A stretch of DNA of 64,000 nt from an uncultured Verrucomicrobiae bacterium (GCA_963815455.1 CAWFGO010000001.1:480001-544000); one strand, 5' to 3'; numbered from the stretch's first letter, positions 1 to 10,350 are shown. Made by a program: numbers and translations. The notes: a model not told the origin generated them from the letters alone.

Positions 1-305
1 GTGAGCCGGATGTGAACGTCGTCGCGCATCTTGTTCGCGGCGAGTGTGCGCTTGATTTCGTCGATAATTTTTTCGCGTAGCGGAATTTCCTGGAATGACA
101 AGGCCCGGGCCGATCGCTCGAGCCGGTCGAGATGTTCATGAAGCTTGAAAATGCGTCCGTCGTAAAGCCGCAGACCTTCCCAAACCGCGTCGCCGCCTTG
201 CACCGCCGAATCGAACGGGCTCACTCCTGCCTTATCGCGATGCATGAGCCGTCCGTTGATGTTGACGATCAGGTCGCGGTTTTTTTCGTTAAATTGTTGA
301 AGCAT
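1..305 (-). CDS. Class IV PLP aminotransferase (BCAT/D-amino acid aminotransferase-like), 5' part; runs off window start
   Basis: Manual translation from ATG at 305: MLQQFNEKNRDLIVNINGRLMHRDKAGVSPFDSAVQGGDAVWEGLRLYDGRIFKLHEHLDRL; GD..WEGLR and H..RL are class IV motifs. Confidence 0.85.
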   Translation of the reverse strand, partial: MLQQFNEKNRDLIVNINGRLMHRDKAGVSPFDSAVQGGDAVWEGLRLYDGRIFKLHEHLDRLERSARALSFQEIPLREKIIDEIKRTLAANKMRDDVHIRL

Positions 306-313
306 TTTTCCAA

Positions 314-375
314 CTGTAGCGGCGGTCTCTGACCGTCGCATCTATTCGTCCGACGCTCGGAGGGCGCCGCTACAG
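314..375. repeat. REP-like palindrome (CTGTAGCGGCG...CGCCGCTACAG)
   Basis: 11-bp perfect terminal inverted repeat with GTAG end; supplies the TAG stop of the upstream CDS at 370-372. Confidence 0.7.
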
Positions 376-1104
376 TAACCGATGTTGGTAAAGCTGTTCG
401 TAACATTCCCGGCAACGCGCGTGAATCTCACTCAGATGCGGCGGCACTTCCGCGTTTTTCGCCCGATACTGTTGGAACGATGTCGATCTTGCCACGTCGT
501 CGTACCAGTGTTTCGCCCAAATACCATCGGTGTCGCGCAATCCCGACGGCCAGGAAAGCATCGCCTCGGTGAACTCGACTCCGACCGCATTGCATAGCGA
601 GCGCAAAACGTGCTCCGGATTTTGCAGCACATCCTTTGCATCGATTACTGGAGGAATCGATTTCGTTCGCGCACGAACAAAATCGAAAATCGCTGCTTGT
701 TGAACGAACCCGAGATCCTCGGCCGTGGGATCTTCCCGCCTCTTCAAATAGGAGGTGATCACTTCCCCAGGATCGCGAATAAGAAAACAATTCGTCACCC
801 CATCGAGCCATTGTCGATCCACCTCGGGCAACAAATGATGGGTCATTTGTTTCTGGAAAAAAATGCGCTTGCCGTTCGGAATCGGACCGGTCAAATGCGC
901 GACTACGTTCCGCCAATCTGTCTGGCCGGTGGCGATAATCTCAATTGCGCCGGGATGCTGCTTGTCTGTCGCTGCCAAATAATAAGCGTAGAATGGCTCA
1001 TCAATCACAACCGTATCCGGGCGATTGCCCCACGCGCGCATCATCGCGGTTGAAATATTCCGCGGTCCTGACCACATCGCGATGCGGATTGGAAGCAGGG
1101 CCAT
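370..1104 (-). CDS. Sulfotransferase-like domain protein (the type fused to BCAT-like proteins)
   Basis: MWSGPRNISTAMMR, DEPFY, FQKQM, LIRDP, W..HWY motifs. Confidence 0.75.
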   Translation of the reverse strand: MALLPIRIAMWSGPRNISTAMMRAWGNRPDTVVIDEPFYAYYLAATDKQHPGAIEIIATGQTDWRNVVAHLTGPIPNGKRIFFQKQMTHHLLPEVDRQWLDGVTNCFLIRDPGEVITSYLKRREDPTAEDLGFVQQAAIFDFVRARTKSIPPVIDAKDVLQNPEHVLRSLCNAVGVEFTEAMLSWPSGLRDTDGIWAKHWYDDVARSTSFQQYRAKNAEVPPHLSEIHARCRECYEQLYQHRLL

Positions 1105-1126
1105 TCTCTAGATCGCTCGACGCGGC

Positions 1127-2623
1127 TCAGTTTTTCCCCAATTCATACAGATACTGCACGAACGACAGCACGGCTCCGTCCATTCCCTGAATCTTCAGGT
1201 TTGACGATTCGATCACGTAATATTCATCGGGGGCATGCGCGCCACTGCCGTGGCCCAGACCAAAATGGCCCGCCGCCAGCTTGAGCGGTTCATCGGTGAA
1301 AACGTAACCGGGATACGAACCGGCGTTCCAGGGCCACATCACCGGATCGATTCCGGCACTTTTCAAAACCGCGATCTGGGCCTGGATCAGTGGCGCGTCC
1401 GCCGGCGTTGTCGTTGGATCATAGCCTCCGGTCATGTTCACATCGACATCGCCGAAGCCGTGCTTGGCCAAATGCGCTTTCAATGCCGCCAGTGCATCCT
1501 TCGCTTTCATTCCGGGCACGAGCCGCAGATCCAGTTTTGCCTGCGCCTTGTGCGGCAGAACCGTCTTTCCACCCGGGCCAGTGTAACCGCCGACCAGTCC
1601 TTCGATGTTCACAGTCGGCTGCGATTCGAGCCGCTCCAACGCCTGCGGCCAGGGAAGATTGTCGATCCAGTGCGGCACGCTGAGCCGCTTCTTTTCCGCG
1701 TCTTCGCTGCGGCGTTTCGCTGCATCGGCAATCATCTTTTTTTCCGCAGCCGTCAGTGGTCGCGGCTTGGGATAATTATCAATGGTGATGTTGTTTCCGT
1801 CGGTCGACACCAGTGTGTTGAGCGCATGGATCAGATGCCACGAGGGACTATCGACCATCGCTTTCAGCGACGAGTGAATGTCTTTCGCCGGACCACGTCC
1901 CCATTTTTCCCCGCTCGAAGTTAGCTCGCATTCGATCACGCCTTTCGCGCCCAGACTTACCGTCACAACGCCGTTTGGATCCTGCATGGCCGACGGCATG
2001 AACACGCCGACACATTTCGATAACGCCGCCTGCACCTCGGGTTTGTGCGCGACCTGCTGGAAATGGGTCGAGCCGATTTCTTCTTCGCCCTCGGCGACCA
2101 AAACCAGATTTACCGGAATTTTCTTCCCCGCGCCGCGAATCGCATGCAACGCCGCCAGCATCGCGCTTTCCGGCCCTTTCTGATTCACCGCGCCGCGGCC
2201 GATGATCACCTTCCCAAAGTCAGGCTTGTCTACCAGCGCGGCTTCGGTCGGCGGCGAAGACCATTCCGACGGATCGAACTGCTTCACATCGTACATGAAA
2301 TAAAGCCCGACCGTTTTCTTCGCGCCGGCATTGAGCGTGGCAAACACGCCGGGTTTCCCGTCGGTCGGCACCTGGGTCACCTGATCGAACCCAGCTTCAG
2401 TGGCCAGCTTCATCATGTAATTCGCGCCGTCGGGATAACCGCGATCCTCGGCGGCGATCGACACCTGATGAATCCAATCCTGCAACCGCTTCACCGATTC
2501 ATCGTGGCGTTTGGCAATCTCTTTCTTGATATCGGCGAAACCGTCCACTGCTTGCGCATGAACGCCGCTGCCAAAGATTGCTGTCGATGTGATTGCTGCG
2601 AGAAAAAACCGTGTCCAGTTCAT
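1127..2623 (-). CDS. Secreted M20/M25/M40 family metallohydrolase (ArgE/DapE-like)
   Basis: Signal peptide, YDV, GRGA.NQKG, EGEEEIGS, AHAPDE motifs. Confidence 0.85.
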   Translation of the reverse strand: MNWTRFFLAAITSTAIFGSGVHAQAVDGFADIKKEIAKRHDESVKRLQDWIHQVSIAAEDRGYPDGANYMMKLATEAGFDQVTQVPTDGKPGVFATLNAGAKKTVGLYFMYDVKQFDPSEWSSPPTEAALVDKPDFGKVIIGRGAVNQKGPESAMLAALHAIRGAGKKIPVNLVLVAEGEEEIGSTHFQQVAHKPEVQAALSKCVGVFMPSAMQDPNGVVTVSLGAKGVIECELTSSGEKWGRGPAKDIHSSLKAMVDSPSWHLIHALNTLVSTDGNNITIDNYPKPRPLTAAEKKMIADAAKRRSEDAEKKRLSVPHWIDNLPWPQALERLESQPTVNIEGLVGGYTGPGGKTVLPHKAQAKLDLRLVPGMKAKDALAALKAHLAKHGFGDVDVNMTGGYDPTTTPADAPLIQAQIAVLKSAGIDPVMWPWNAGSYPGYVFTDEPLKLAAGHFGLGHGSGAHAPDEYYVIESSNLKIQGMDGAVLSFVQYLYELGKN

Positions 2624-2762
2624 GCCTCCTTAATGATCGCTCGCCTTATTTCTTGCAACCTCCGACTTTGTTCCTTCAAACATACTCCCCGCGCTTTCGT
2701 GGCACGGCTGATGTTTTGGGAATGTGGTGCTGTGTTCGCGTCGTCAGCGCGATCTGCAGCAC

Positions 2763-4694
2763 TTAGACCTCTACGCGCGCGCCGAGTTCTACCACCCCGT
2801 TCGGTGGCAGGCAGAAGTATGATGTCGCGTCCCCGGCGTTTCGGGTCATCCAGGCAAACACCGAGCCGCGCCAGGAGGAGAGACCCAGTTTGCGGGTGGC
2901 AAGGATTGTTTCCCGTCCGATAAAGTAGGTTACTCGCATGGCATCGAATTGAAGACCGGTTTCCTTCACGCTCGCCAGCGCCGCCGGAACATCAGGTTTT
3001 TCCATAAACCCAAAATGAAGTTGTATCCGCCAGAATCCCCCATCCAATTTTTCAATGGCAACCCGATCTCGGGCATTTACCAGATAAGGAACCTCCGCCG
3101 TTTGCACTGTAAGTAACACGACTTGTTGGTGGAGCACTTTGTTGTGCTTAAGATTGTGGAGCAAGGCCAGAGGCGTTCCATTGCGATTGCCCGACATATA
3201 GACGGCGGTTCCCGGAACCCGGCGGATGCTCGTTTTTAGTTCGGGCAGAAAGTCCTCCAGGGGAATACAGATCTCGCTAAGCCGGCTCCGAAGAACGCGG
3301 CGCCCTTTTCGCCACGTCAGCATGAAGAACAGAATCACAGCAGAAACGAGCAAAGGGAACCAACCGCCATGAGCGATCTTCAGCATGTTCGCGCCGAAGA
3401 ATGCGAGGTCGATCGCAATAAAGAACACGGCGATTGCAAACGCTGCCGGCGCGGGCCAGTGCCAGCGATAACGAGCCACGACATAAAACAAAATCGTGGT
3501 AATCAACATCGTGGTCGTGATCGCCACGCCGTAGGCAGCGGCGAGATTGCTCGAAGTGCGAAAACCGAGCACCAGCGCGATGCAGGAAAGCATCAGGCCC
3601 CAGTTCACCACCGGCACGTAGATTTGTCCGATGATGCGCTCGGAGGTGTAATTGACTTTGAGCCGCGGGCTATAACCGAGCTGGATCGCCTGCATCGTTA
3701 AAGAAAAAGCGCCGCTGATAATCGCCTGCGACGCAATGACGGCCGCGGCTGTCGCGAGCACCACCATGGGATACAGTGCCCATGAAGGCGCCATCCGAAA
3801 AAAGGGATTTACCGCAGACTCCGGCTCAACCAGGAGAAGCGCGCCCTGCCCAAAGTAATTCAATGTCAACGCCGGGAGAACAACAGCGAACCAGGTCAAT
3901 CGAATGGGCGCAGTGCCAAAATGACCGATGTCGGCGTAGAGCGCTTCGCCACCAGTAACAACCAGGAAAACCGCGCCCAGCACGACAAAACCCCGTCCAC
4001 CATTGTTCACAAAAAATTCGAAGCCATGCAACGGATTCACTGCCGCCAGCACTTCCGGCGCACGAACAATTTGGTGAAGCCCGAGGAAACTGATCGTCAC
4101 AAACCATAACATCGTGACAGGTCCAAATACCGTGCCGACTCCCGTTGTTCCGCGCGATTGAAAGAAAAAAAGCGCAATCAAAATCGCAATCGCAATCGGC
4201 ACGACATATGGATCAAACAGCGGCGTAGCGATATGCAGTCCTTCGACAGCTCCCATCACTGAGATTGCCGGGGTGATCATCCCATCGGCGTACAGCAGTG
4301 CAGCTCCAAACAATCCGAGCGGGAAGAGGTATTTTCCTCGCCTGGCTACATCGCTTACCAGCGTCGCCAGGGCAAGGATACCGCCTTCGCCTCGATTATC
4401 CGCCCGAAGAATCAGGGTCAGATACTTGAGGGAAATGACCAGGAGAAGAGACCAAAGGATGAGTGATAACACACCAAGCACATTGGCGTGGGTCGGGGGA
4501 ACAGAGTGTTGCCCATAAAAGCATTCGCGCAGAGCGTACAGCGGGCTGGTCCCGATATCGCCATAGACGATCCCCAAGCTGGCAATGCATAAAAAGAGAA
4601 GCCGATTCCTGTGCTTCGCGGAACCAATAAAAGCAGGCGCGTGTCGGCCCGCGCCAGCGACGGGGGGAGCTAAGGTTGGAGGCCCGGAATTCAA
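2763..4694 (-). CDS. kup: KUP/HAK/KT potassium transporter
   Basis: GIVYGDIGTSPLYA, GEGG, TGGEALYAD.GHF, GQIYVP signature motifs. Confidence 0.97.
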   Translation of the reverse strand: MNSGPPTLAPPVAGAGRHAPAFIGSAKHRNRLLFLCIASLGIVYGDIGTSPLYALRECFYGQHSVPPTHANVLGVLSLILWSLLLVISLKYLTLILRADNRGEGGILALATLVSDVARRGKYLFPLGLFGAALLYADGMITPAISVMGAVEGLHIATPLFDPYVVPIAIAILIALFFFQSRGTTGVGTVFGPVTMLWFVTISFLGLHQIVRAPEVLAAVNPLHGFEFFVNNGGRGFVVLGAVFLVVTGGEALYADIGHFGTAPIRLTWFAVVLPALTLNYFGQGALLLVEPESAVNPFFRMAPSWALYPMVVLATAAAVIASQAIISGAFSLTMQAIQLGYSPRLKVNYTSERIIGQIYVPVVNWGLMLSCIALVLGFRTSSNLAAAYGVAITTTMLITTILFYVVARYRWHWPAPAAFAIAVFFIAIDLAFFGANMLKIAHGGWFPLLVSAVILFFMLTWRKGRRVLRSRLSEICIPLEDFLPELKTSIRRVPGTAVYMSGNRNGTPLALLHNLKHNKVLHQQVVLLTVQTAEVPYLVNARDRVAIEKLDGGFWRIQLHFGFMEKPDVPAALASVKETGLQFDAMRVTYFIGRETILATRKLGLSSWRGSVFAWMTRNAGDATSYFCLPPNGVVELGARVEV

Positions 4695-4733
4695 CGTTGT
4701 TGAGGAGCTTAGACTTGGCGGAAATCCAGAGTA

Positions 4734-4750
4734 GTTGAAATGGTATTAAA
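4734..4750 (-). promoter_or_regulatory. Putative KdpE-type box upstream of kup
   Basis: Minus strand TTTAAT-ACCAT-TTCAAC, hexamers spaced 11 bp. Confidence 0.45.
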
Positions 4751-4781
4751 ATTCAAAGGCATCATTTCCCGTGAGAGTTGA

Positions 4782-5933
4782 ATGGGCTACTGTGCTCCCG
4801 TGCTGGAAACATCCAGTTCGCGCCGCATCGAGCGATTATCCCCTGGGGGGTTGTCCGGCCAAACGACCTTCGCTCCACTGAAAGAGTACGCCATTGCGGT
4901 CGCCGGCGTGGCTGCGCTCACCATCGCTTGTTGGCTGTTAACACCGCTAATCGGTTACGGGGCCATTTCTCTGATCTTTCTCCTGGGCGTCCTGCTTGCA
5001 GGAATGATTCTTAATCGAGGGCCGGTCCTGCTGATTGCAGCACTCAGTGCCCTCTCATGGAATTTCCTGTTCATTCCGCCGCTGTTTACCCTGCACATCG
5101 CGAAATTTGAGGATGCGTTGACCTTTGCGACCTACTTCATTGTCGCGATCGCTGTGGGAAGTTTGACTTCTCAACTGAAGGCGAGGGAGCATCTGGCAGC
5201 TCAGGTCCAGCTGGCCCAGGAATCCGAGCGGCTTCGCAAGACCTTGCTCGATTGCGTTTCACATGAACTGAAAACTCCCCTTGCCGCCATTGCCGCGGCC
5301 AGTCAGGAACTGGTCCGGCTCGCGCCAACGACCCACGACAAGGCGCCGGTCGAACAGCTGGCCCGCGAAATCCGCGACGCCTCCCGCAGGCTCAATCGCG
5401 TCGTCAACAATCTCCTCGATATGAATCGACTCGAGAGCGGAGTGATCCGGCCAGAACAAGAATGGTGCGAAGTCCATGAATTATTGCAATCGGCAGTGGA
5501 AATCGAGCGCGAATCAGTCAATGGCCGCGACGTTCGAGTCGATGTCGCGGAAAACACTCCGCTGGCCCTGGTCGATCACGCCTTGATTGAACAGGCTGTC
5601 GCGAAACTCATAGCCAATGCGGCGAGTCATGCCCCGGCCCGGGCGCCGATCGAGATCGATGCCGAGTATAGCGGAGAAGAGTTGCTCATCTCGGTCAGCG
5701 ATCGCGGGCCGGGACTTCCACCAGGCTCGTCTGACCGATTGTTCGAGAAATTCTACCGCGGCGACAACCGCAAAACCGGTGGCCTCGGGCTGGGATTATC
5801 GATCGCTCGAGGATTCGTCGAGGCGCATGGCGGCACACTGGTGGCTGAGAACCGGGATGGCGGCGGGGCGCGATTCACCATCCGTTTGCCGGTACGGATA
5901 ACAGATGCAGACGCATTGGAGTCTTCATCATGA
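4782..5933 (+). CDS. Short KdpD-like sensor kinase (DUF4118 4-TM + HisKA + HATPase; no KdpD/Usp/GAF domains)
   Basis: WNFLFIPP.FT TM motif, VSHELKTPL H-box, DRGPG and GLGLGLSI boxes. Confidence 0.9.
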   Translation: MGYCAPVLETSSSRRIERLSPGGLSGQTTFAPLKEYAIAVAGVAALTIACWLLTPLIGYGAISLIFLLGVLLAGMILNRGPVLLIAALSALSWNFLFIPPLFTLHIAKFEDALTFATYFIVAIAVGSLTSQLKAREHLAAQVQLAQESERLRKTLLDCVSHELKTPLAAIAAASQELVRLAPTTHDKAPVEQLAREIRDASRRLNRVVNNLLDMNRLESGVIRPEQEWCEVHELLQSAVEIERESVNGRDVRVDVAENTPLALVDHALIEQAVAKLIANAASHAPARAPIEIDAEYSGEELLISVSDRGPGLPPGSSDRLFEKFYRGDNRKTGGLGLGLSIARGFVEAHGGTLVAENRDGGGARFTIRLPVRITDADALESSS

Positions 5934-6613
5934 AAGCCGCTCATATTGCTCTAATCATTGATGACGAAAAACAAATCCGCCGGCTTCTTCGCGTCGCCCT
6001 GGAAGGAGCGGGTCATCAAGTCTACGAAGCGGAAACAGGAGAATCCGGTCTGACCGAAATAGTGCAGCGCCAACCGGACGTGGTTCTTCTCGACCTCGGT
6101 TTGCCCGACATGGAAGGTGTCAAAGTCCTGCAGCGTTTGCGCGAATGGTCGGATGTGCCGGTGCTGATTCTTTCAGTTCGGGACGACGCCGATGAAAAAG
6201 TCGCGGCGCTCGATGCCGGGGCGGATGATTACGTAACCAAGCCGTTCGACACGGCCGAGCTGCTGGCCCGCATTCGCGCGACTCAACGGCGATCCTTAAC
6301 AGAAACGGGCGACCCGGTCTTCAACTGCGCCGGACTCTCCGTCGATTTCTCGGCACGTCGGGTAACGCTCGATGGGGTTGAAGTTAAGCTTACCCCCACC
6401 GAGTACCCATTGCTCCGGGTGCTCGTTCAGAACGCCGGAAAAGTCGTAACCCACCGGCAGTTGCTTCGAAGCGTCTGGGGAGAGAAGGCCGAAACCCAGG
6501 CGCAATATCTGCGGGTTTACATCACCCATCTGCGAAGAAAACTCGAAACCAATCCGAACACGGCCAGGCTGATCAAAACGGAAGTCGGCATCGGCTATCG
6601 GCTTTCGCAGTAG
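5930..6613 (+). CDS. kdpE: KdpE-like OmpR-family response regulator (copy 2)
   Basis: LLDLGLPD, GADDYVTKPF, YLRVYITHLR, GIGYR; ATGA overlap with the kinase. Confidence 0.88.
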   Translation: MKAAHIALIIDDEKQIRRLLRVALEGAGHQVYEAETGESGLTEIVQRQPDVVLLDLGLPDMEGVKVLQRLREWSDVPVLILSVRDDADEKVAALDAGADDYVTKPFDTAELLARIRATQRRSLTETGDPVFNCAGLSVDFSARRVTLDGVEVKLTPTEYPLLRVLVQNAGKVVTHRQLLRSVWGEKAETQAQYLRVYITHLRRKLETNPNTARLIKTEVGIGYRLSQ

Positions 6614-6631
6614 AAGCTGCGAGCGCGTAGC

Positions 6632-6648
6632 ATTAACACTCTTTTAGC
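6632..6648 (+). promoter_or_regulatory. Putative KdpE-type box upstream of small ORF 6705
   Basis: ATTAAC-ACTCT-TTTAGC, followed about 15 bp later by TTTAATT as in the kdpF upstream region. Confidence 0.4.
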
Positions 6649-6704
6649 ACCGCAGAGGCAGATTTTAATTAGCTGCTCCGCACCCGGCGGGACCACGGTT
6701 AGGT

Positions 6705-6920
6705 ATGAAAGCAATCGTGGTTGTATTCGCCCCCGAGCCTGACATCAGACCGTCAGGAGTGCAGGTCGAGCCCAGGCTGGAGATCGACGGCGCAGATTGG
6801 CACAGCGATCTGGATCAGAGCAAGGGCGACTCCCAACCCAAGCCGATGATGGGCAGAGAATCTGTAATTCCATTCTGGACCTGGTTCATTGAAAATCCAC
6901 GCCCAACGAGCTGTCATTAA
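6705..6920 (+). CDS. Small hypothetical protein, FWTxFIENPRP family (copy 1)
   Basis: 71 aa; N- and C-terminal motifs shared with 11235..11471, with mostly synonymous codon differences. Confidence 0.7.
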   Translation: MKAIVVVFAPEPDIRPSGVQVEPRLEIDGADWHSDLDQSKGDSQPKPMMGRESVIPFWTWFIENPRPTSCH

Positions 6921-7015
6921 ATTCACCCTTCGGGCAAGGATGGGAAAGGACTTTACACGGTCCCTGCCGTCGGAGACTCCATTGGCCCGCCGATGGCACG
7001 TCGATGGCACGTCGA

Positions 7016-7690
7016 TCATCCGAAACGATAACCGATTCCGGATTCGGTCTTGATCAGAGTTGACCTGGCCGGATCCGGTTCAATTTTCTGCCGCAGATGC
7101 GTGACGTAAACGCGCAAATATTGTCGATGCTCCTCGGATTTTGGGCCCCAAATCTCGCGTAGAATATAGCGGTGAGTGAGGATGCGGCCGGCATGCCGCA
7201 CAAATAGGCGAAGAAGTGCGTATTCGGTAGCGGTCAGCTTCACCTCCTTTCCAGCGCGGGTTACAACCCGCGTGGTCAGATCCACAACCAGGTCGCCGCG
7301 CTTAAACACGGAGGTTTCTTCTTCGGGTCGCGCCTTGCGTTGCGCGGCCCGAAGACGCGCCAGCAGTTCCGATGTGCCGAAGGGTTTGGTCACGTAATCG
7401 TCCGCGCCGGCATCGAGCGCAGCCACTTTGCCCGCTTCATCATCGCGCACCGAAAGAACAAGGACCGGCGCCTCGCTCCACTCGCGCAGCCGTTTCAAAA
7501 CTCCCAGCCCATCGATATCCGGCAGCCCAAGATCAAGCAGAATAACCGCCGGTTTGGAATTGGCGATCTCAACTAATCCGAGCTGCCCGGTCTCCGCTTC
7601 GCGGACCTGATAATTCTCCGCTTCCAGCGCGACGCGCAGGAGCCTGCGAATCTGGACCTCGTCATCGATGATCAGCGCGATCGGCTTCAT
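7016..7690 (-). CDS. kdpE: Response regulator KdpE
   Basis: Receiver plus OmpR wHTH; coupled to kdpD. Confidence 0.93.
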   Translation of the reverse strand: MKPIALIIDDEVQIRRLLRVALEAENYQVREAETGQLGLVEIANSKPAVILLDLGLPDIDGLGVLKRLREWSEAPVLVLSVRDDEAGKVAALDAGADDYVTKPFGTSELLARLRAAQRKARPEEETSVFKRGDLVVDLTTRVVTRAGKEVKLTATEYALLRLFVRHAGRILTHRYILREIWGPKSEEHRQYLRVYVTHLRQKIEPDPARSTLIKTESGIGYRFG

Positions 7691-10314
7691 GCGGTCGCCG
7701 CTTCAGTCGGCAATCGCATCGCCTCGCCGATCGGCAAGCAAATCGAGAAACGGGCGCCACCGCCATCGCGATTTTGCGCGACGATCTGACCGCCGTGCGC
7801 TTCCACCAACTGGCGTGCGATCCAAAGTCCGAGGCCAAGGCCACCGGGCGCAGTGCCTGGACGGCGATAAAATTTTTCAAAAACCCTGTTCTCCTCGCCC
7901 GCCACGAGGCCAGGACCTCGATCGGCGACGGAAAAGACCATTATGGAGTTGTCACGCGCGACCCTGATCTCGATCGGCTCTTTGCTTGCTCCATGCAACG
8001 AAGCGTTAGCCAGTACGCAGATCAGTGCTTGTTCGATTAGGCGTGCGTCGACCGAGATCGCCGGCAAATCTGGAGCGATATTCACTGTGAATGCTTTTTC
8101 TTTCAGTCGCGCTCGTGCGATGGCATCACGCAACAATTCGCCCGGATCGCACCATTCGCGAACCGGTTGCAACAAACCCGACTCCAGCCGCGTTGCATCG
8201 AGCAAATGATCGACGGTGCGAGTGAGGCGTCCGACAGCTTGTTTCAATTCGGCCCGGTCCGGCTGCGGTTGTTGCAAGGCAGCGGAAATCGCCGCCAGCG
8301 GAGTCTTTAATTCGTGGGAAACGGAATCAAAAAGCGCGCGCTGCAATTTCTCCGATTGGCGGGCGAGCTGCGCGGCCCGGCGCTCTTCGAGGGCGCGCTC
8401 CTTGTAAACGAAAAGGGCAAGTTGCGCCGCAAAAGCGTCCATCAGTTCGCGCTGTTCGATCGTAGGCGTGCTGGTCAATCGCAGACTGAGCACGCCTTCG
8501 GAGCGATCGCCGGTAACGAGCGGAACATGGAGCGATTCGGCATCGGGCAATGTGTCGGTCGATCTTCCCGCGGCTTGTTTTTTCTGAAACGCCCACATCG
8601 CCACGCTCTCGTCTTTGGTCGAGCAGCGATACATGCTGGCCGGATGTTGCGACAGTCCGCCTTCGTCCCGTAACCAGATCCCAGGATCGGCTTGAAAAGA
8701 GTTTTTAATGAGCGCCAGAACTTTCGGCAGCGCTTCATCGAGATCGCGGCTGGCGGCAAGATCGCGCGTGAATCGATAGAGCGCAGTCGCCCGTTCTTCC
8801 CGGCGTCGCTCGGCTTGCTCGCGTTCGCGCAATTGAGTAGCGAGCTGGCCAATCACGATCGCGATTACGAAATACGCGCCGAACATCACGAAGTCCTGAA
8901 AGAGGCTGATGTAAAAAGTGAATCGCGGCGGAATGAACAAAAAATTCCAGAGCAATGCGCTCAGCGTCGCCAGAAACAATGTCGGCCACCGGCTCAAGCG
9001 CATTCCGGCAAGCACGACCGCGAGCAGATAAAACAGAGCAACCGCCCAGTAACCGGTGTAATCGAAAATCGCCAGCGATACGCCGGTCACTGCTCCGGCG
9101 ACGGCCAGCGCGACCACAAACTCGCGCCACGCTGTGCGCGCCAGACGCTCTTCCAATCGTTCCCGCCGGGGTCGCGCCCCTTCTTCGGCGGGGATCATAT
9201 GGATGTCGATGTTGCCGCTATTGCGCATGAGCCACCGAACCAGATCGCGCTTCCAAAAAGCCCAGGAAGGTCCGAGCGATTTGCCGACTACGATCTGCGT
9301 GACGTTATTCTCGCGAGCCAGGCGTAGCAGCGTTTCACTCACGTCGCGACCCGGCGTCGAGATGACCTCGGCGCCGAGTTGTCGCGCGAGCGCGAGATAG
9401 CGGGTTAGCCGCGCCTGTTCCTCTTTTGAAAGCGAGCGTGGCCCTTCGATGTTGGCGACGATCCACGATGCCTCCATCGACGATGCGAGTCGCCGGGTAT
9501 AACGAATCAATCTTTCCGAATACGGACTGGCGCTCACAGCCACGAGCAGCCGATCCGCCGTCTTCCACGGCCCGGCGATTTTTTGCTCCGACATAATGTC
9601 GCGCAAATCGCGATCGACATGTTCGGCCACGATCCGCAACGCCATCTCGCGCAAAGCTGTGAGATTGCTTTCCCGGAAAAAGTTTTCCGCAGCCGTAGCA
9701 GCGCGTTCGCCCATGTAAACTTTTCCTTCGGCCAAACGGGCCCGGAGTTGCTCCGGCGTAAGATCGACAAGCACGATTTCATTCGCCAGATCGAGAACCG
9801 AATCGGGCACGGTTTCGGTGACCGCAACTCCGCTGATTTGCCTAACCACATCACTGCGGCTGCCGACGTGCTGAACATTCAACGTCGTGTAAACGTCGAT
9901 GCCAGCATCGAGCAGCTCCAGCACATCTTGATACCGTTTCGGATGACGCGATGCCGGCGCGTTGGTGTGCGCGAGCTCATCGACAATCGCGAGCCCCGGA
10001 TGCCAGGTCAGGATGGCATCGAGGTCCATCTCCGTGAGCTTGGTGCCGCGATATTCGATCAGCGCGCGCGGGACGATCGGCATCCCTTCCGTCAACGCTT
10101 CGGTTTCTTTACGACCGTGCGTCTCAACAATTCCAACAACAACTTCGCACCCTTCCGCCTGTTTCTCTCGCGCGGCCAGTAACATGGCGTAGGTCTTGCC
10201 CACCCCCGGCGACATTCCGAAAAAAATATTGAGCTTCCCGCGCGTGGATTCCGCTTCTTCGCGCTTCAGTTGCGCGAGAAGGGCATCGGGATCAGGCCGT
10301 TCCGGCTCGGTCAT
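7687..10314 (-). CDS. kdpD: Sensor histidine kinase KdpD (full length)
   Basis: RPDPD, GMSPGVGKTYAML, VDELAHTN, KRYQDV, Usp domain, 4 TM, SHELKTPL. Confidence 0.97.
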   Translation of the reverse strand: MTEPERPDPDALLAQLKREEAESTRGKLNIFFGMSPGVGKTYAMLLAAREKQAEGCEVVVGIVETHGRKETEALTEGMPIVPRALIEYRGTKLTEMDLDAILTWHPGLAIVDELAHTNAPASRHPKRYQDVLELLDAGIDVYTTLNVQHVGSRSDVVRQISGVAVTETVPDSVLDLANEIVLVDLTPEQLRARLAEGKVYMGERAATAAENFFRESNLTALREMALRIVAEHVDRDLRDIMSEQKIAGPWKTADRLLVAVSASPYSERLIRYTRRLASSMEASWIVANIEGPRSLSKEEQARLTRYLALARQLGAEVISTPGRDVSETLLRLARENNVTQIVVGKSLGPSWAFWKRDLVRWLMRNSGNIDIHMIPAEEGARPRRERLEERLARTAWREFVVALAVAGAVTGVSLAIFDYTGYWAVALFYLLAVVLAGMRLSRWPTLFLATLSALLWNFLFIPPRFTFYISLFQDFVMFGAYFVIAIVIGQLATQLREREQAERRREERATALYRFTRDLAASRDLDEALPKVLALIKNSFQADPGIWLRDEGGLSQHPASMYRCSTKDESVAMWAFQKKQAAGRSTDTLPDAESLHVPLVTGDRSEGVLSLRLTSTPTIEQRELMDAFAAQLALFVYKERALEERRAAQLARQSEKLQRALFDSVSHELKTPLAAISAALQQPQPDRAELKQAVGRLTRTVDHLLDATRLESGLLQPVREWCDPGELLRDAIARARLKEKAFTVNIAPDLPAISVDARLIEQALICVLANASLHGASKEPIEIRVARDNSIMVFSVADRGPGLVAGEENRVFEKFYRRPGTAPGGLGLGLWIARQLVEAHGGQIVAQNRDGGGARFSICLPIGEAMRLPTEAATA

Positions 10315-10350
10315 CCGCCAATTCTACGCCGTTGCCACGTTGCCTGCATC

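Noticed and set aside
6991..7016. 11-bp tandem duplication CGATGGCACGT at the kdpE stop, and ORF 6753..7019
   Set aside because: Too short to interpret; the ORF is antisense to the better-supported 6705..6920
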